DNA of 64,000 nucleotides from Callorhinchus milii. Taxonomy: Eukaryota. How positions within the stretch are numbered: the first letter of the stretch is position 1; every line of letters begins with the position of its first letter. Under the pieces are notes generated by a model that searched no databases, was not told the DNA's origin, and saw only the letters and a list, made by a program, of their open reading frames with translations. Made by a program: the position numbers and the translations under genes. Shown here one piece after another: positions 1 through 13,100 of this stretch. Where the stretch lies: positions 56,422,001 to 56,486,000 of the forward strand of contig NW_024704742.1 in NCBI RefSeq assembly GCF_018977255.1. The letters are read 5' to 3'.

Positions 1-14
1 TGACTCACTACCAC

Positions 15-172
15 TCTCTGTAAAAACTGAGGTAAAACACTCATTAAGTATCTCTGCCATAACTTCGTTTTCTATGACTAAGTTTCCCCTTCTATTTCTA
101 AATGACCTTACCTTTTTTCAATTATTCTTTTACTTTTAATGTGTTTATAAAATTGTTCAGTATTTTTCTTTT
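15..172 (-). mobile_element. CR1 LINE ORF2 fragment (endonuclease-RT linker), degenerate
   Basis: Minus-strand translation ...QFYKHIKSKR / RNRRGNLVIENEVMAEILNECFTSVFTE resembles the CR1 ORF2 motif FYKYIxSKR...AExLNxFFxSVFT. Confidence 0.7.
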
Positions 173-460
173 TTTTAATAATAATACTTCCTTGCAAATG
201 ATCATTTTGTTTCAATAAAAATAGAAGAAATGTGATGGTTGAAGGTATACAAGGTTTAGTTTTTGAAGATTACATTCTGTTGCAGTAAAAACATTTGGAG
301 CAGGGATGAAAGATGTTGCTCAAAAGCAACTTTGATGAGCTTCAAATTATATAAAGGCATCTTAATTATAATTTGAGTAAATTGTGGATGTTTTAATTTT
401 AATTTAAAGACTAGCATTTTTTTTATAGAATCAGATTTTATATACCCAAGACCTAGGAAC

Positions 461-762
461 ATAATAATAATAATAATCCTTGCATTTGATATAGTGCTTT
501 TTAAGTCTTCTAGTCTCAAAGCGCTTCACGGAATAGACTGTAAAGTGAATTGACTGTATATTTGTGGGCGAAATGCGGCAGCCAATTGTGCACAGCAGTG
601 TCCCGCAAACAGTCATGGGTTGAAATGACCAATTTTTTTTTGAGGGATTATTATCAGGTTTGTGGAGTAAGGAAACTTTCCCAAGGTTTCACCCTGCCGG
701 GAATCGAACCCAGGCCTCTCACTTACAAAGCAAGTGCTCTAACTACTGAGCTACAGGACTCC
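461..762 (-). mobile_element. tRNA-derived SINE with partial Deu-like body and L2-type (TTA)n tail (young family)
   Basis: Head GGAGTCCTGTAGCTCAGTAGTTAGAGC...GGTTCGATTCC (A and B boxes); body GCTGTGCACAATTGGCTGCCGC; tail AAATGCAAGGA(TTA)n. Confidence 0.9.
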
Positions 763-770
763 ACAAGTGT

Positions 771-940
771 GAAGTTTTATATCCAAGTTTGCAGACAACA
801 CTAAGCTAGGAGGCTCAGTAAATTGTGCAGATGGGAGTAGGAAGTTACAAAGGGACTTAGACAGATAAGTGAGTGGGCAAAGCTGTGGCAGATGGGCTCG
901 AAGGGCTGAACAGCCTAGTCCTGTTCTTATGTTCCTATGT
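771..940 (+). mobile_element. CR1 fragment: RT core ([10 protein letters not shown]) joined directly to a CR1-type 3' tail
   Basis: Translates [29 protein letters not shown], then jumps at GATGG to a tail ending cctgttcttatgttcctatgt. Confidence 0.8.
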
Positions 941-944
941 AAAT

Positions 945-1320
945 CTCTTTGCTACTGCACAGTTCTTAATTTCTCCCCATTAAGAAAATATTCTGCTTTA
1001 TCTTTTTTCGGTCCATAGTGGATGACCTCACACTTCCCTACATTGAACTCCATCTGCCACAGCTTTGGCCACTCATTTAATCTGTCTAAGTCCCTTTATA
1101 ACTTCCTACTCGCATCTACGCAATTTACTGAGCCTCCTAGCTTAGTGTTGTCTGCAAACTTGGATATGAAACTTTCTATTACTTCATCCAAGTCATTTGT
1201 ATATATGATAAATAGCTTGGGTCCCAGTACAGATCCCTGGGGAACACCACTTGTTATGTCCTGCCAATCAGAGAACGTTCGGTCCCTTTATCCCTACCCT
1301 CTGTTTCCTGCCTCCCTCCG
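945..1320 (-). mobile_element. CR1 RT fragment
   Basis: Minus strand reads [23 protein letters not shown]...[10 protein letters not shown]...WQMEFNVGKCEVIHYG, i.e. CR1 RT motifs. Confidence 0.88.
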
Positions 1321-2814
1321 TCTCTACTCCTTAGAGCTCTAATTCTTTTGATGAAGGTACTTCTTTGTTATTATTGTAGGAGACAGTCTTGTGGTGCAGT
1401 TGTTATATTTACCTTGAGGTGTCTGAAGTACAATGTTGTGATTCATCACACTGGTGTTGCATTGTTGGCTTTAAACTAGTCTCATCTGAACTCAGTGATA
1501 TTGAATCAATACTTTGCAAATGTGCACTTTCTAAGCTTCACTGACCAACTGGTGACTTAGCATGGATCTCATCAGCCACAACACCAGCCAAGAACCTAAG
1601 AGACACTTGCCAGATAATCAATTGTTTATTGACCGGAACAATAGCATTACTATTTCATGTAGGCATTCATTGTTACAGAACTGCAATTTGACATCCTTGT
1701 TTACTTGTTTCTGTGTAATGCACCTTTTACTTATGAATAAAACTACCAAAATAGGTACATATTTCTGACTGTGATACCCAACAAACAGGAACTTTACTAT
1801 GAGTTTCAGCAAATCATTTAAAGTGTTATAAGCAGTAGACAAGGTGGTATACAAAGAACAAAAGGCAAAATACTGTAAATCTGAAATAAAAACAGGTTTG
1901 AATAAAAACTGGAATCTGGTGCAAATGTGTTTTGCCATAATGCTGTACACTGTCCAGGGCTTTGGGATGCCTCTCGATGTGAAAAGCGCTATACAAATGT
2001 AATCTTGTTGTTGTTTTGTCACTTCTATGGTTTTAATTCTGCTCCTCTTTTCTGCATAATGTTATTGAGTTCAGCCTGACCTACTTACAAACATACATAA
2101 TGTTCAACATATTAAATAATATTAAACAACAACAAACAAAAAAATTACATTTGTATAGCACCTTTCACGTCGGGATGACATCCCAAGGCGCTGGACAGAC
2201 AGAGTTACGGACAGACAGATTACTTACATTTATAGGTCCATCACCAGCTTAATAATGCCTCAAACATTTCTGCTTATGGTATAGCAGAGGGAAGCATATA
2301 TTGAGTCTTGATTGGCCTGAGCATCTTCATAGCACGAAAGAGATCAAAGGACAGGAAAGATTATTAACAACCATACGAAATGGATCCTGCAGTAAAATGG
2401 TACAGAGAGTAATTCATGCAATGGCGAGTAAGGATTATGAAGGCATCTTAAATAATTGATAGAAAAATGGAGTATGACTATGTGGTTATTGAAACTCCAA
2501 AGTAAAACACTAGTGCACTTACTTCAAAGACATTGGAGAACATCTCCTCACATCCCTAAACCCTGCTCTTCAATTTGTTTGTGCACAGATTGGCTTGGTT
2601 CCGAGACGTGAAGCTCTGAAAACCATCAATATTGCAATTTTGTAAGATTCTGGTTTTCCAAAACAACAGTCAATTCTCTCTAATTCAGGGATAAAACAGG
2701 TTCAATGTAATAATTAACACAATGAATCAGTTGTGAAACAACGGAATTTCAGTTGATCATTATCAACAACTTTATGCAACCCCACAGCTTGGGGTTTTAT
2801 CCACAAATGAAAGT

Positions 2815-3600
2815 GGCTTACAGGATCTTGACCTTAACCACTCTTCTGGGTAACTGGTTCCAATTGTTAATTACCCTTGTTATAAAGAAATGCTTCCTGG
2901 TATTTCTAATAATTCTAATAAAATGATAATAAGCCTTGCATTTGATATAGAGCATTATCACATCATTGAATCATTCTCAAAGTGTTATAGAGAATTTACT
3001 GTAGAGTGTAGTGACTGTGTATTTGCCCATGGAAATTGTCCTGTGCAAGCCTCAACCTGTGCCCTATTGTTCAGCTGCTTTGGTGTATTTGAGAGTACCT
3101 TATTAGGTTTATTTTCTCAATCCCATTTAAATCTTATATACTTAAATAAGGTACCCTCTAAGAACTATCGTTTCAAGGCTGACAAGCCATCTAATAATTA
3201 ATTCCTCTAACAATGGGGATCATTCTTTTTGCTCTTCTCTCAGGTCTTGGTAGCTCCTATATGTCCTTTATACTGAGGAGAATTGTATACAAAACTCCAG
3301 GTATTGACTGACTAGAATACTGTAGAGCATGAATATAACTTTCCGTGATCTAAATACAACTGATTTGGCCCAGCATCCTGTTTACCTTATTTACTGCTGC
3401 ATCATGCTGTTTTGATATAGAGAGTGATGAGTCAACTAACACTAACCTTGGTCTCTCAGGTTTTTTCTTGGCAAGTTCTATCCTATCCATAGAATGCAAG
3501 CGCGTCTTATTTGTACTTCCTATATGCAATGCATTATGTGTTTTGAACTTCATTTAAAGGTGCTCAGCCCAGGTACATATCCCATTTGGGTGAAGTATTG
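2815..3600 (-). mobile_element. Degenerate CR1 ORF2 C-terminal region, interrupted by a SINE tail (~2915-3030)
   Basis: LVLVDSSLSISKQHDAAVNKVNRMLGQI, LYSILVSQYLEFCIQF and RKHFFITRVINNWNQLP are CR1-like segments. Confidence 0.7.
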
Positions 3601-3992
3601 TTAGAATTTATCAGCTGCAACAGAACAAGAAACCTTTAAAATTGTTCAGATAAAACAATTTGAAGCAGGGTTAATACGTGTTCTGAACACAAGGATGTTG
3701 GTGCAGCATGTTTTATCAGTGAGAAGCTGGCTGAGATTTGATTCATTGATTCGTTGTACATATTACACCAAAATCATGGTTTGCATTCCCGTTATAACCT
3801 CCTGAATTGCAAAAATGGGTTATCACCACTTTAATAAATCGTACATTTTATTGAAATGAACCCTGATGTTGCCAATCTTTCTAGGGGAAAACGCAACTCT
3901 TTTTAAGCATTGCTGTTTTCATTTCTATGAATGAATTGTAATGCCAATCATCTTAGGTGACATTCTGTTGACATTACAAAGAAAAGTAAGTG

Positions 3993-4367
3993 CTGCTCAG
4001 TTAGTAGCACTCTATGAGGCCGAAGGTTGGGGCCTCAAGCCAGGACTTTGAGCTCATAGTCTAGCCTGATATTCCAATGGAGTTCTGGGAAGCATTAAAC
4101 CAAAGCTCCTTCTATCTGCTCAGGTGGGCACTAAAGATCCTATGGCACTATTCAAAAAGAGAAGAGAGTGTCTCCTGGTATCCAAGTCAATAATCCCCAG
4201 GTAAAATGTAATCATGCACTTTATGACATTGCTAAGTCCAAATTGGCTATTGCTTTTACCTGCAAGTAAACAGTCATTGCACTTTACAGTGAAATCCTGG
4301 GAAACGTTTTGAGACTATTCAACGATGTGATAAGGCACTGTATCAAATGCAAGGGATATTATTATTA
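3993..4367 (+). mobile_element. Old tRNA-Deu-domain SINE
   Basis: CTCAGGTGGGCACTAAAGATCCTATGGCACTATTCAAAAAGAGAAGAG resembles the Deu domain of AmnSINE1/SacSINE1-type SINEs; same tail as the young family. Confidence 0.75.
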
Positions 4368-5129
4368 AAAGAAAAACCTCCTCAGCAATGATTAAAATAA
4401 AACATGATAGATATTTGACATGAAAAGCTTCAGCATTTTAATAGTAATGTTGATAATATCTTAACCATTATGCCAACTGTCAGAGTAATGTTGAAATTTT
4501 CTTTCAGGTCAGCAATTTTTGTGAGCCAAGTTTTCAGAACAAACCTTGCTACCAGCTAAAAGAGAACTATTCTAAATGACAACTAATTAACCATTCCCAT
4601 AGGCACAATTCTGTTCACTTGTTGCTTGCTAATGCTTGACTGTTTGCGATTGTAAATATTCAGTGGATACAAATTGTGCAAGGAATTCTCTTATTGTAAT
4701 ATTCATATATGCTTTGACTATGCCCCAAAGGCATTCTAAAATAAACATCTACAGGAAAATGCAATGTAATGTAAAGCAATAAATAAAACAAAAGTGACAA
4801 GATGTACTTTGTATGTTCCAATTATGGTCGAACACAATATTCAAAGTATAATAAATGTGAAATGCAAATTGTGATGTTTAGGCCCAAAGCATCTTAGGCT
4901 TTTGAACTGTACACTAATAAAGTTAATAATATTACCTTAATAACACATATCATTAGAAATCCCGTGAACTCAGAGACTCTGCTCCAGAAGTAGATGAGAT
5001 AAAAGTCTTTGTTCTCTCCAAGCAGTAAGAATTGTGTTATATGCACAGAAGGGCTCAGGTACAGAGTTGCAAAGGACAATTTCAGGTTTGCAAAGGACAA
5101 TTTCATAACATATACCAGAAAGTATTTAA

Positions 5130-5558
5130 ATTACCCTTGCATCTGATACTTACCATGTCATCTAGACATATCAAAGCGCCTCACAGGATGTACAGTAAAC
5201 TGGTGTTAATGTGTTTATTTTGTGGGCGACCATGGCAGCCAATTTGTTCACAACAATGACCTAAAAACTGCTTTGAAGTAAGTAACCAATTTTATTTGAG
5301 GTTATTATTCACCAAGACCAGAAGAATCTCCCTTGACTTTTCGAACTGAGCCATTGGTTATTTAAACATCCACCTGGACAGGCAAACAGAATCTCAGTTC
5401 AACGTATTATCCGAAAGACAGCACCTCTGACAGTGCAGCACACGCTCACTGTAATGACATGTCAGGATACACTATATGGGTTCCAAGTCCCAACTAGAGC
5501 TTAATCCCGAATCTTCTGACTCAAAGATGAGAATGCTACCAACTGAGCCAGGCTGATA
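5130..5558 (-). mobile_element. Old tRNA-Deu-domain SINE
   Basis: Head TCAGCCTGGCTCAGTTGGTAGCATTCTC, Deu-like middle region and shared tail. Confidence 0.75.
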
Positions 5559-6284
5559 TTCGTATTCTTTAGTAAGAGAATAATTAATCCAGGTTATCAA
5601 GAAGTGTTGTTGAGGCCAGAATGCTAGGCTCATTAAAAAAAAGCTTGATGCTCTAATAGGAGAATAATCAAGTTGAGAGAAAAGAATCCCTGTATACCTC
5701 AGTTCCCTGTCTGCAGTGCAAAGGTTTTATTGGCCCCAAAATTAGTCAAGGAGAATTCCATGCTATTTAGTTCTCCATGATTCAAATCTGTCTAGTTGAC
5801 CTTACATGAGATTTCTGTGGTCCCAGCAGCACAGGAACTATTATATTTCAGAAGTATATGATTATCTCTGATATTATCTATCACCGTTACCTTCAATCCT
5901 ATCTCTAACTAATAATTATCAAGATTGTTTTTAAGGATGTTAACAGCACTGAGTCATATTGTCTGGTACTCTGAAAAATAACTTCTAATTTCTAGTTTTG
6001 TCTAAGGTTTGTTCATTTCTGTTCTGCTGTACTGCTCGCTAGTTTGGTTCTTACAGAAAAAAAAGCTTGCTTATATCAAAAATATACCACACCAGCAACA
6101 AAATTACATTTATAGAGCGCCTTTCATGTCGGGAAGACGTCCCAAGGCGCTGAAATATATTAATATATTAAGTCCTGGTAAACAATCCTCAAAATAAAAT
6201 TGGTCATTCCCTTCATGCCTGATTGTACTGCTGCATTCGCCTACAAGTTACACAGTCATTAAACTTTGCCGCAGACAAGCCGAC

Positions 6285-6460
6285 AGAACATTAGTGGACT
6301 GGGTGTCGCAGCTGAGGAAGAGAAGCAGATTTGTTTGTCATCCGCATACATGTAGCAGTTTATCCAGTGTCTGCGGATGACATCACCGAGAGGGAGCATG
6401 TAGTTGAGGAAAAGAAGGGGGCCAAGGATGGAGCCTTGGAGTACCCCGCAGGTGACCACG
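6285..6460 (-). mobile_element. L2 RT fragment
   Basis: [28 protein letters not shown]...YMYADDKQI. Confidence 0.85.
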
Positions 6461-7324
6461 TGGGGGCGAGTGAAAAAATCACACCTTATCCTCTATGGCG
6501 TGCCGTCAGTCACTTCCCCTTCCTTTCTGGCTTGGCATCAAGCCACGTCTTTGTTACGCACTCCTAGACAATAGCACGTGGACATACTATATAAATGCAA
6601 GTTGTTGTTGATGATTGATTTGATTGCAGTTTTGGGGAAACCTTCTACTTATCAGATGAGAAGCATTTTGTAGTTTCCTACCTAGAATGCAAAAAAGGGG
6701 CAGGAAGAGCTTCTCTAGAATGCATTAACAGAAGAGTTTTTGTTAATGTATCGGTACATAGAAACAATAAGTATGACTAATGTTTATTAAATATAGAATA
6801 ATAACTGAAACACTGCGGAAATTTTCCAAATAATATCCTGCAATGATTGTAGCCTGCGAGCCTTTAACATGATTAAATAAAACATGAAAGGGGTGAACTT
6901 CTTTCTGATCATTATTTCATTCACATCATTTTTTACATAAACACTAAAATCTAAGGGACATGGCGCAGAAAATCAGTTCTCAACAAAAAAAAGAGTCCTG
7001 CACAATAGAACCCTTGGGCATTGATTTATATTTAGTAAGATCTTCCTTTTCTCTCTTCATTCTTTGCACAGTGCCTTTTAGCACTTTTAGCAAAATTGCA
7101 GTTTTGGGGAAACGTTACAAAGCTGGAAGCACAGGTGACTGCAAAATGTCTCAGGTTGTTGTAGGACATTGTTCTGTGCAAATTAGTTCCCAGGCTCCCT
7201 TACAAATACACTCACTTCTTAAGTTGCTTTGACGTAGTATGCACTGTGACAAATGTAAGGATTTTTACTGTTATTAATTTCTTTATTGCTAATGTGTTTT
7301 GCATTATTCTGTTAACTTTGTGAC

Positions 7325-7440
7325 TGGGGCCGTCCCGGGTCGCGGAGACAAGGATACGGAGATGGGGCCGTCCCGGGTCGCGGAGACAAGGATACGGGAG
7401 ATGAGGTCGTCCCAGGCTGCAGAGACAAGGGTATGGGAGA
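7325..7440. repeat. CpG-rich tandem repeat, three copies of a 38-39 bp unit
   Basis: TGGGGCCGTCCCGGGTCGCGGAGACAAGGATACGG(G)AGA twice, plus a diverged third copy at 7402-7440. Confidence 0.9.
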
Positions 7441-8084
7441 TGGAAGACTGAGAGCTGGAAACACTAAGACTGAGGATATCAGATGGAAGATTGAAAGCTG
7501 TAAGCAAGAAGACGAAAAGCATAAAGAATCAAGTTTGTGTGCTGGAAAGACACAGTGTTGAACTCAAGATATCTACGGTGGTATTATTCTGTTATAAGAT
7601 CTGTTGATTGTACCGGCCTTTGGTCTGACCCATCGGGATATTGGTGAATAACGAACGAATAATAATAAAACAGTCTGATATCTGATTGCAAACGGATTAT
7701 GGCTGATTTTATTTTCTAACAGGATGCATGAAATTTTCAGGTTGGTTTGGATACTCATAAGCATGGTGATGGATTTCTGCATGTGTCAGACACCCGGCTG
7801 ACCGAAAAAAATATAGCTGAGCTCCACTTCAGTAGCTCAAGATGGCATGACAGTGAATACATTGTTCGTTCCTCAAGGAAGGCAGAACTCAAACCTGAGG
7901 TTCTGAGGTTTCGAGATTCTTGTCTACTGCCGATGAAATTTGATATAGTTACCACTATGAATACTATATGTGAGCATAAAAGCACAATGTTGTCTCTTGT
8001 AACCCTGCCCATTGTAACCCTGTTAATTGAATCAATGCAAAGCTACAGTCTTTTTGCCTTAGTAATTGATGAGTTAAGCATAGA

Positions 8085-8925
8085 ATATCAGACATCGTCC
8101 CGGATGAGAGCTATCATTCTCCAGTTGAGGCCCTCATGATTGGCTGCCATCAGCACCTCCGAACTTCAGGCGCTGGGAGCATAACCATCCATGGATGCAC
8201 ATTCCACCTCACTCAGCCAGTCCAGAACCTAGGCGTTTTGTTTGACACTTAACTGTCTTTTTATCCCACATCCGTGCCATGACCGGCTCTGTCTCCTGCA
8301 CCTCCACAACATTGCTCAGCTCCACCACTGTCTCTCCTCTCAGGCTGCCGAGACCCTTATCCTTGCATTTGTTACAATTTGGCTCAACCATGCCAACTCC
8401 CTTCCTGACAGCCTTCCCAATTCTTGTCTCCATAAGCTGCAGATCATTCAGAACTCTGCAGCTCGTGTCCTCTCCCACACCAGGCTCGATGACCCCATCA
8501 CCCCCATCCTCGTTCAATTCCACTGGATAGAGTTCAAAATTCTTGTCCTCATCTTCAAAGCCCTACATGGCCTTGTTCCTTCCTATCTCTGAGACCTGCT
8601 AACTACAGATCAACCTGTCTGTTCCCTCCACTCAGCTGGTTCTGGCCTGTTCCACATCCCCCACCCGGCCTGCCCTATAGGCGGACGGGCCTTCACCTTC
8701 TCTGCCCCACCCTTTGGTACTCCATCCCACAGTCCCTTTGTCTCACTCCTTCCCTTGCCTCCTTCAAGGCATGTCTCAAGGCCCTACTCTTCAGCCACCC
8801 GCCTACCCTCCCTGCCCTCCACCCCTCCTGATCCCAACCCCCTGCTTGGGCCCAAATCTCTGACTGTCCAGCACCTTGGGGCATCCTCTTGATATGAAAG
8901 GTGCTATTCAAATGTAATTTGTTGT
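8085..8925 (+). mobile_element. 5'-truncated L2 LINE (ORF2 C-terminus and 3' tail)
   Basis: SQAAETLILAFVTIWLNHANSL...LQIIQNSAARVL...WIEFKILVLIFKALHGLVPSYL, ending in tail aaatgtaatttgttgtt. Confidence 0.9.
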
Positions 8926-9079
8926 TAGAGTTGTAGAATACAAGTGGATTCAGTTTCTCTATTCCCGACTTTATGTTATGGATAAACAGAAAAAGCTGGT
9001 CTTTTCTGGCCACACCTTTTGTCCCAAGCTTAACAGAGTGGTTACCACTGTGCACGTTCTAACCCAAAGTTGACAATAG

Positions 9080-9420
9080 TAATCCTCATATATTTATATT
9101 TGTTATAATACCTTCTCACGTCCTTGAGACATGTCAAAGCACATTACAGGAATTACTGTAACGTTTAATCACAGTGAGGTAAAAGTGTCATCCAATTTGC
9201 ACACACCAATGTCCCATAAACTGTCATGATGTGAGCGCTCAATTTTATCTGGGAGATTATTGACCTGGATACTGGAAGAAAATCCCGTCTCTTTTCAAAC
9301 AGTGCCATGGAACCTTTAATATCCACCTAAACAGGTAGACAGGACCTCAGTTTAACGCCTCATCCAGCAGTAATAGGCAGCACCTCCAGCAATGCAGCAC
9401 ACTCCCGGCGCTTAACTAAA
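9080..9420 (-). mobile_element. Old tRNA-Deu-domain SINE (partial)
   Basis: Reverse complement of AGTGCCATGGAACCTTTAATATCCACCT (Deu-like) plus the shared tail. Confidence 0.7.
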
Positions 9421-10127
9421 ATCAGTCAAGGGTAAGGCCCCTTAAAAGAGTCTTTCACTGTCTAAATCAGCATGATTAGAATCTTCTGAAATCATCACTC
9501 TCCTGATGTATATTTTATTTCTTCATATAATTATATTTGAGATGAAGTAATAAGGCATTATATCAAACACAAGGTTATTATTTGGCATACCTGCTAACTC
9601 GGTCAACAAACTGAACACTTTTGAATTGCCACCTCTTGTTCAGTTTGTCTAATACAATATTCAATTAGCATTGATCTTCCCTACGTCTTACCCAAATTGA
9701 TATAGCTTTCGCATTAATGTGAAATTTATTTCATTAACCTTTAGATTTCATTACCAGTAACATGAGCAGCCAATTATTTAAGGGTTATTTATGTGAGAGC
9801 ATGAAGAACATTTCCGTGGCAGTAAATGCCTTCATTTTATTCCTAAGGGAAGACTGTCTTTTATTTCAGTAATCAGATGTACGTGGAACTAAATCATATT
9901 AAGCAATACTAACAGAATAAAGTCAAAGGCCAAAGGTCTCTCGGTAGATGGCAATAGCTTTTAACCATCCAATAGTGATAGGACATATGCCCTTTTAACC
10001 AAGTATTATGTTGGTTTTCTCTTCGCATAATGTCTCCCTTTTACGATGTCACAATAGTGCTTCATCAGTTATGATTTTTGTGACCTTTGGGACAAGGTAA
10101 TGCTGCAGACTGAACATTTTAGCAATA

Positions 10128-13100
10128 AACAACAGCAACAACAAGATTTCATTTATAGAGCGCCTTTCACGTCGGGAGGACGTCCCAAGGCTATGGACAG
10201 TTGGGTCAGGACCCGAGCAGGGGGGAAATGGTAAGGGTGAGGGGAGGGAAGGGAGGGAGCGAGGAGGGGGTAGAGAGTCGAGAGGGGAGCTGAAGGCACG
10301 GTCAAAGAGAAAGGTCTTGAGAACAGCCTTGAAGGAGGGAAGGGAGGAAGCAAAGCGAAGGCACTGGGGGATGGAGTTCCAGAGCCTAGGAGCAGAGAGG
10401 CTGAAGGCCCGGCCACCGATGGTAGGGCGGTTGGGGCGGGGGATGTGGAGCAGACCGGAGCCAGAGGAACGGACGATACGGGCAGGTAAGTAGGGGGATA
10501 GTAGGTCGGAGAGGTAGGAGGGAGCAAGGCCGTGAATGGCCTTGAAGGTGAGGATGAGGATCTTGAATTCGATCCTCTGGGGGATGGGGAGCCAGTGGAG
10601 GCGAGCGAGGGTGGGAGTGATGTGGTCCCGAAGCCTGGTGCGGGACAGTACACGAGCTGCAGAGTTCTGAATGACCTGCAGTGTGGAGGGAGGTGCCGGG
10701 AAGGCCGGCGAAGATAGAGTTCCCATAGTCCAGCCTTGAGGTGATAAAGGTGTGGACCAGAGTTTCAGCAGCGTGAGGGGTGAGGTAGTGCCGTAGTCTG
10801 GCGATGTTTCGGAGGTGATGGAAGGCGGTGCCAGTTGTGGCGCAGATATGAGGAAGAAAGGACAGCTCAGGGTCGAACAGAACCCCAAGGTTCCTGACCG
10901 GCTTTGAGAGGTGGAGAGTGCAGCCTTGGATACTGATGCTGTCAGCGTCTGAGGTGCGGAGGCGCTGACGTGAGCCAATCAGGAGGGCCTCAGTTTTGCG
11001 CACGTTGAGCTGAAGAAAATTGTCTCTTGTCCAGGACTCGATGTCGGACAGGCAGCTGTCAGGACATCGGTGGTCGTGGAGTTGAGGGTAGAGGAGGAAA
11101 GGTAGAGTTGGGTGTCATCCGCATACATGTGGAAGTTAACCCCATGTCTGCGGATGATGTCACCAAAGGGGGAGCATATAGAGGGTGAAGAGGAGGGGAC
11201 CGAGGACAGAGCCCTGAGGGACACCACACGAGACAACAACAACAACAACAACAAGATTCCATTTATAAAGCGCCTTTCACGTCAGGAGGACGTCCCAAGG
11301 CGCTGCACAGTTGGGTCATGACCCGAGCAGGGGGGAAATGGTCAGGGTGAGGGGAGGGGAGACAGTGCAGGGGTTGGAGGAAAAGCCGTTTGTGGAAACA
11401 AAATGAAGACGGTGGGAGAGGTACGACCTAAACCATTCAAGGACAGGGCCTTGAAGGTTGAGGTGGGAGGACAAGCGGTGGAGGAGAATAGCGTGGTCGA
11501 CCGTATCGAATGCTGCCGATAGGTCGAGGAGGATGAGGAGGCAGAGGGAGCCCTGGTCGCAGATGTTCACGATGTCATTGGTGACCTTGACCAGGGCGGT
11601 TTCTGTGCTGTGGGCAGCACGGAAACCCGACTGAAGGGGTTTGAATAATGCATGGGTGGAGAGGAAAGAGCGCAGCTGCGAGGCGACAACTCTTTCAAGG
11701 ACCTTGGACAGGAAGGGGAGGTTGGAGATGGGCCGGTAGCTTGATAGCTGCGACACATCAAGGGAGGGTTCTTTCAAAGTGGGAGTGATGATGGCAGTTT
11801 TTAGGGGAATGGGAACAGAGCCAGAGGAGAGGGAAAGGGATGATGATGTCTGTGATAAGTGGGGCAAGGAGGTGGAGCTGAGAGATAAGGAGTGGAGTGG
11901 GGATGGGGTCAAGGGAGCAGGTGGTGGGTTTCAGGGACAGGATGAGTTTGGTGACAGAGGGTGGGGAAACGGGTTCGAAGGTGTGTAGGGGAGGATGGGT
12001 AGGAGTCGGAGTGTTGGAGGGAAGGGGTGGGGGGGTGGGTGGAAGTTGGAGGGGGAGTGACCGCGGAGGGTATTCCCTTGATTTTGGATTCAAGAAAATC
12101 CAGCATCTCCTCACAGTGAAGGTTGGAGGAGATGACCTGCGTGGGGTGGCGGGGGGGACGGAGGAGTCGGGATGTGGTAGAGCACAGAAGCCTGGGGTTG
12201 TTCTTCACCTCCAGGATTATCCTGGAGTAGAAGGACGATTTGGCGGAGGCTAGAGTGGAGCGATAGATTTTGAGGAGGTCCAGCCAGATTTGTCGGTGAA
12301 GCGTTAGGCCAGGTTTGAGGCAGGTGCGTTCAGCGGCTCGCACCTGGCTCTTCAGTGAACGGAGGTGGGTGGTGAACCAGGGGAACGAGCGAGAGTAGGA
12401 GACAGTCCGTGAGGTGATGGGGCAAGAGTGGCGAGTGTGGAGGAGAGGATGTTATGGAGGAGGGTGAGAGCAGAACAGGGGTCAATGAGGGTTGAAGGCC
12501 AGAGGGAGAGGAGTTTAGAGGACTCCAAGGCAGCGGTTAGGGATTGTGGGGATAACTTCTTCCAGGGGCGGTAGAAGATGGTGGTGGGTCTGGTGGAAGT
12601 GGGGAGGGGGGTGGTGGTGGTGAAGGAGATGAAGTGGTGATCGGAGACGGCCTTGTCGGTAATGGTAACATCCGAGACACTGAGGCCCCGGGTGATCACC
12701 AAATCGAGTGGGTGGCCGTGACTGTGAGTGGGGAGTTGATGTGGAGGGAGAGGTTGAGCGAGGAGAGCAGGGAAGAGAAGTCCGAGGAGATGGAGCAGGA
12801 GGGGGTGAAGTGCAGGTTGAAGTCGCCCAGGATGATGAGGCGATCAGAGCAGAGGCAGAGAGATGTTAGTAGGGTAGAAATATCGGAGATGAAGGTGGGA
12901 GACGTTTTAGGGGGCCGATAGAGGAGGAGGATTTTGAGTGAGAGAAATGAGGGGTGGGAGAGGGTGAGGTGCTCAAAAGAGGGGAAAGAGCCAGAGGAGT
13001 AGGGGGATAGGGCAAGTGGTGTCCTTGAGATAAGGGCTACACCACCGCCACGGCGGTTGGGGCGAGGGATGTGGTGGGAGGTGTAGCCGGGTGGTGTGGC

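Noticed and set aside
7325..7440. 38-39 bp direct repeats superficially like a CRISPR array
   Set aside because: The units are contiguous with no unique spacers, there are no cas genes, and the context is eukaryotic.
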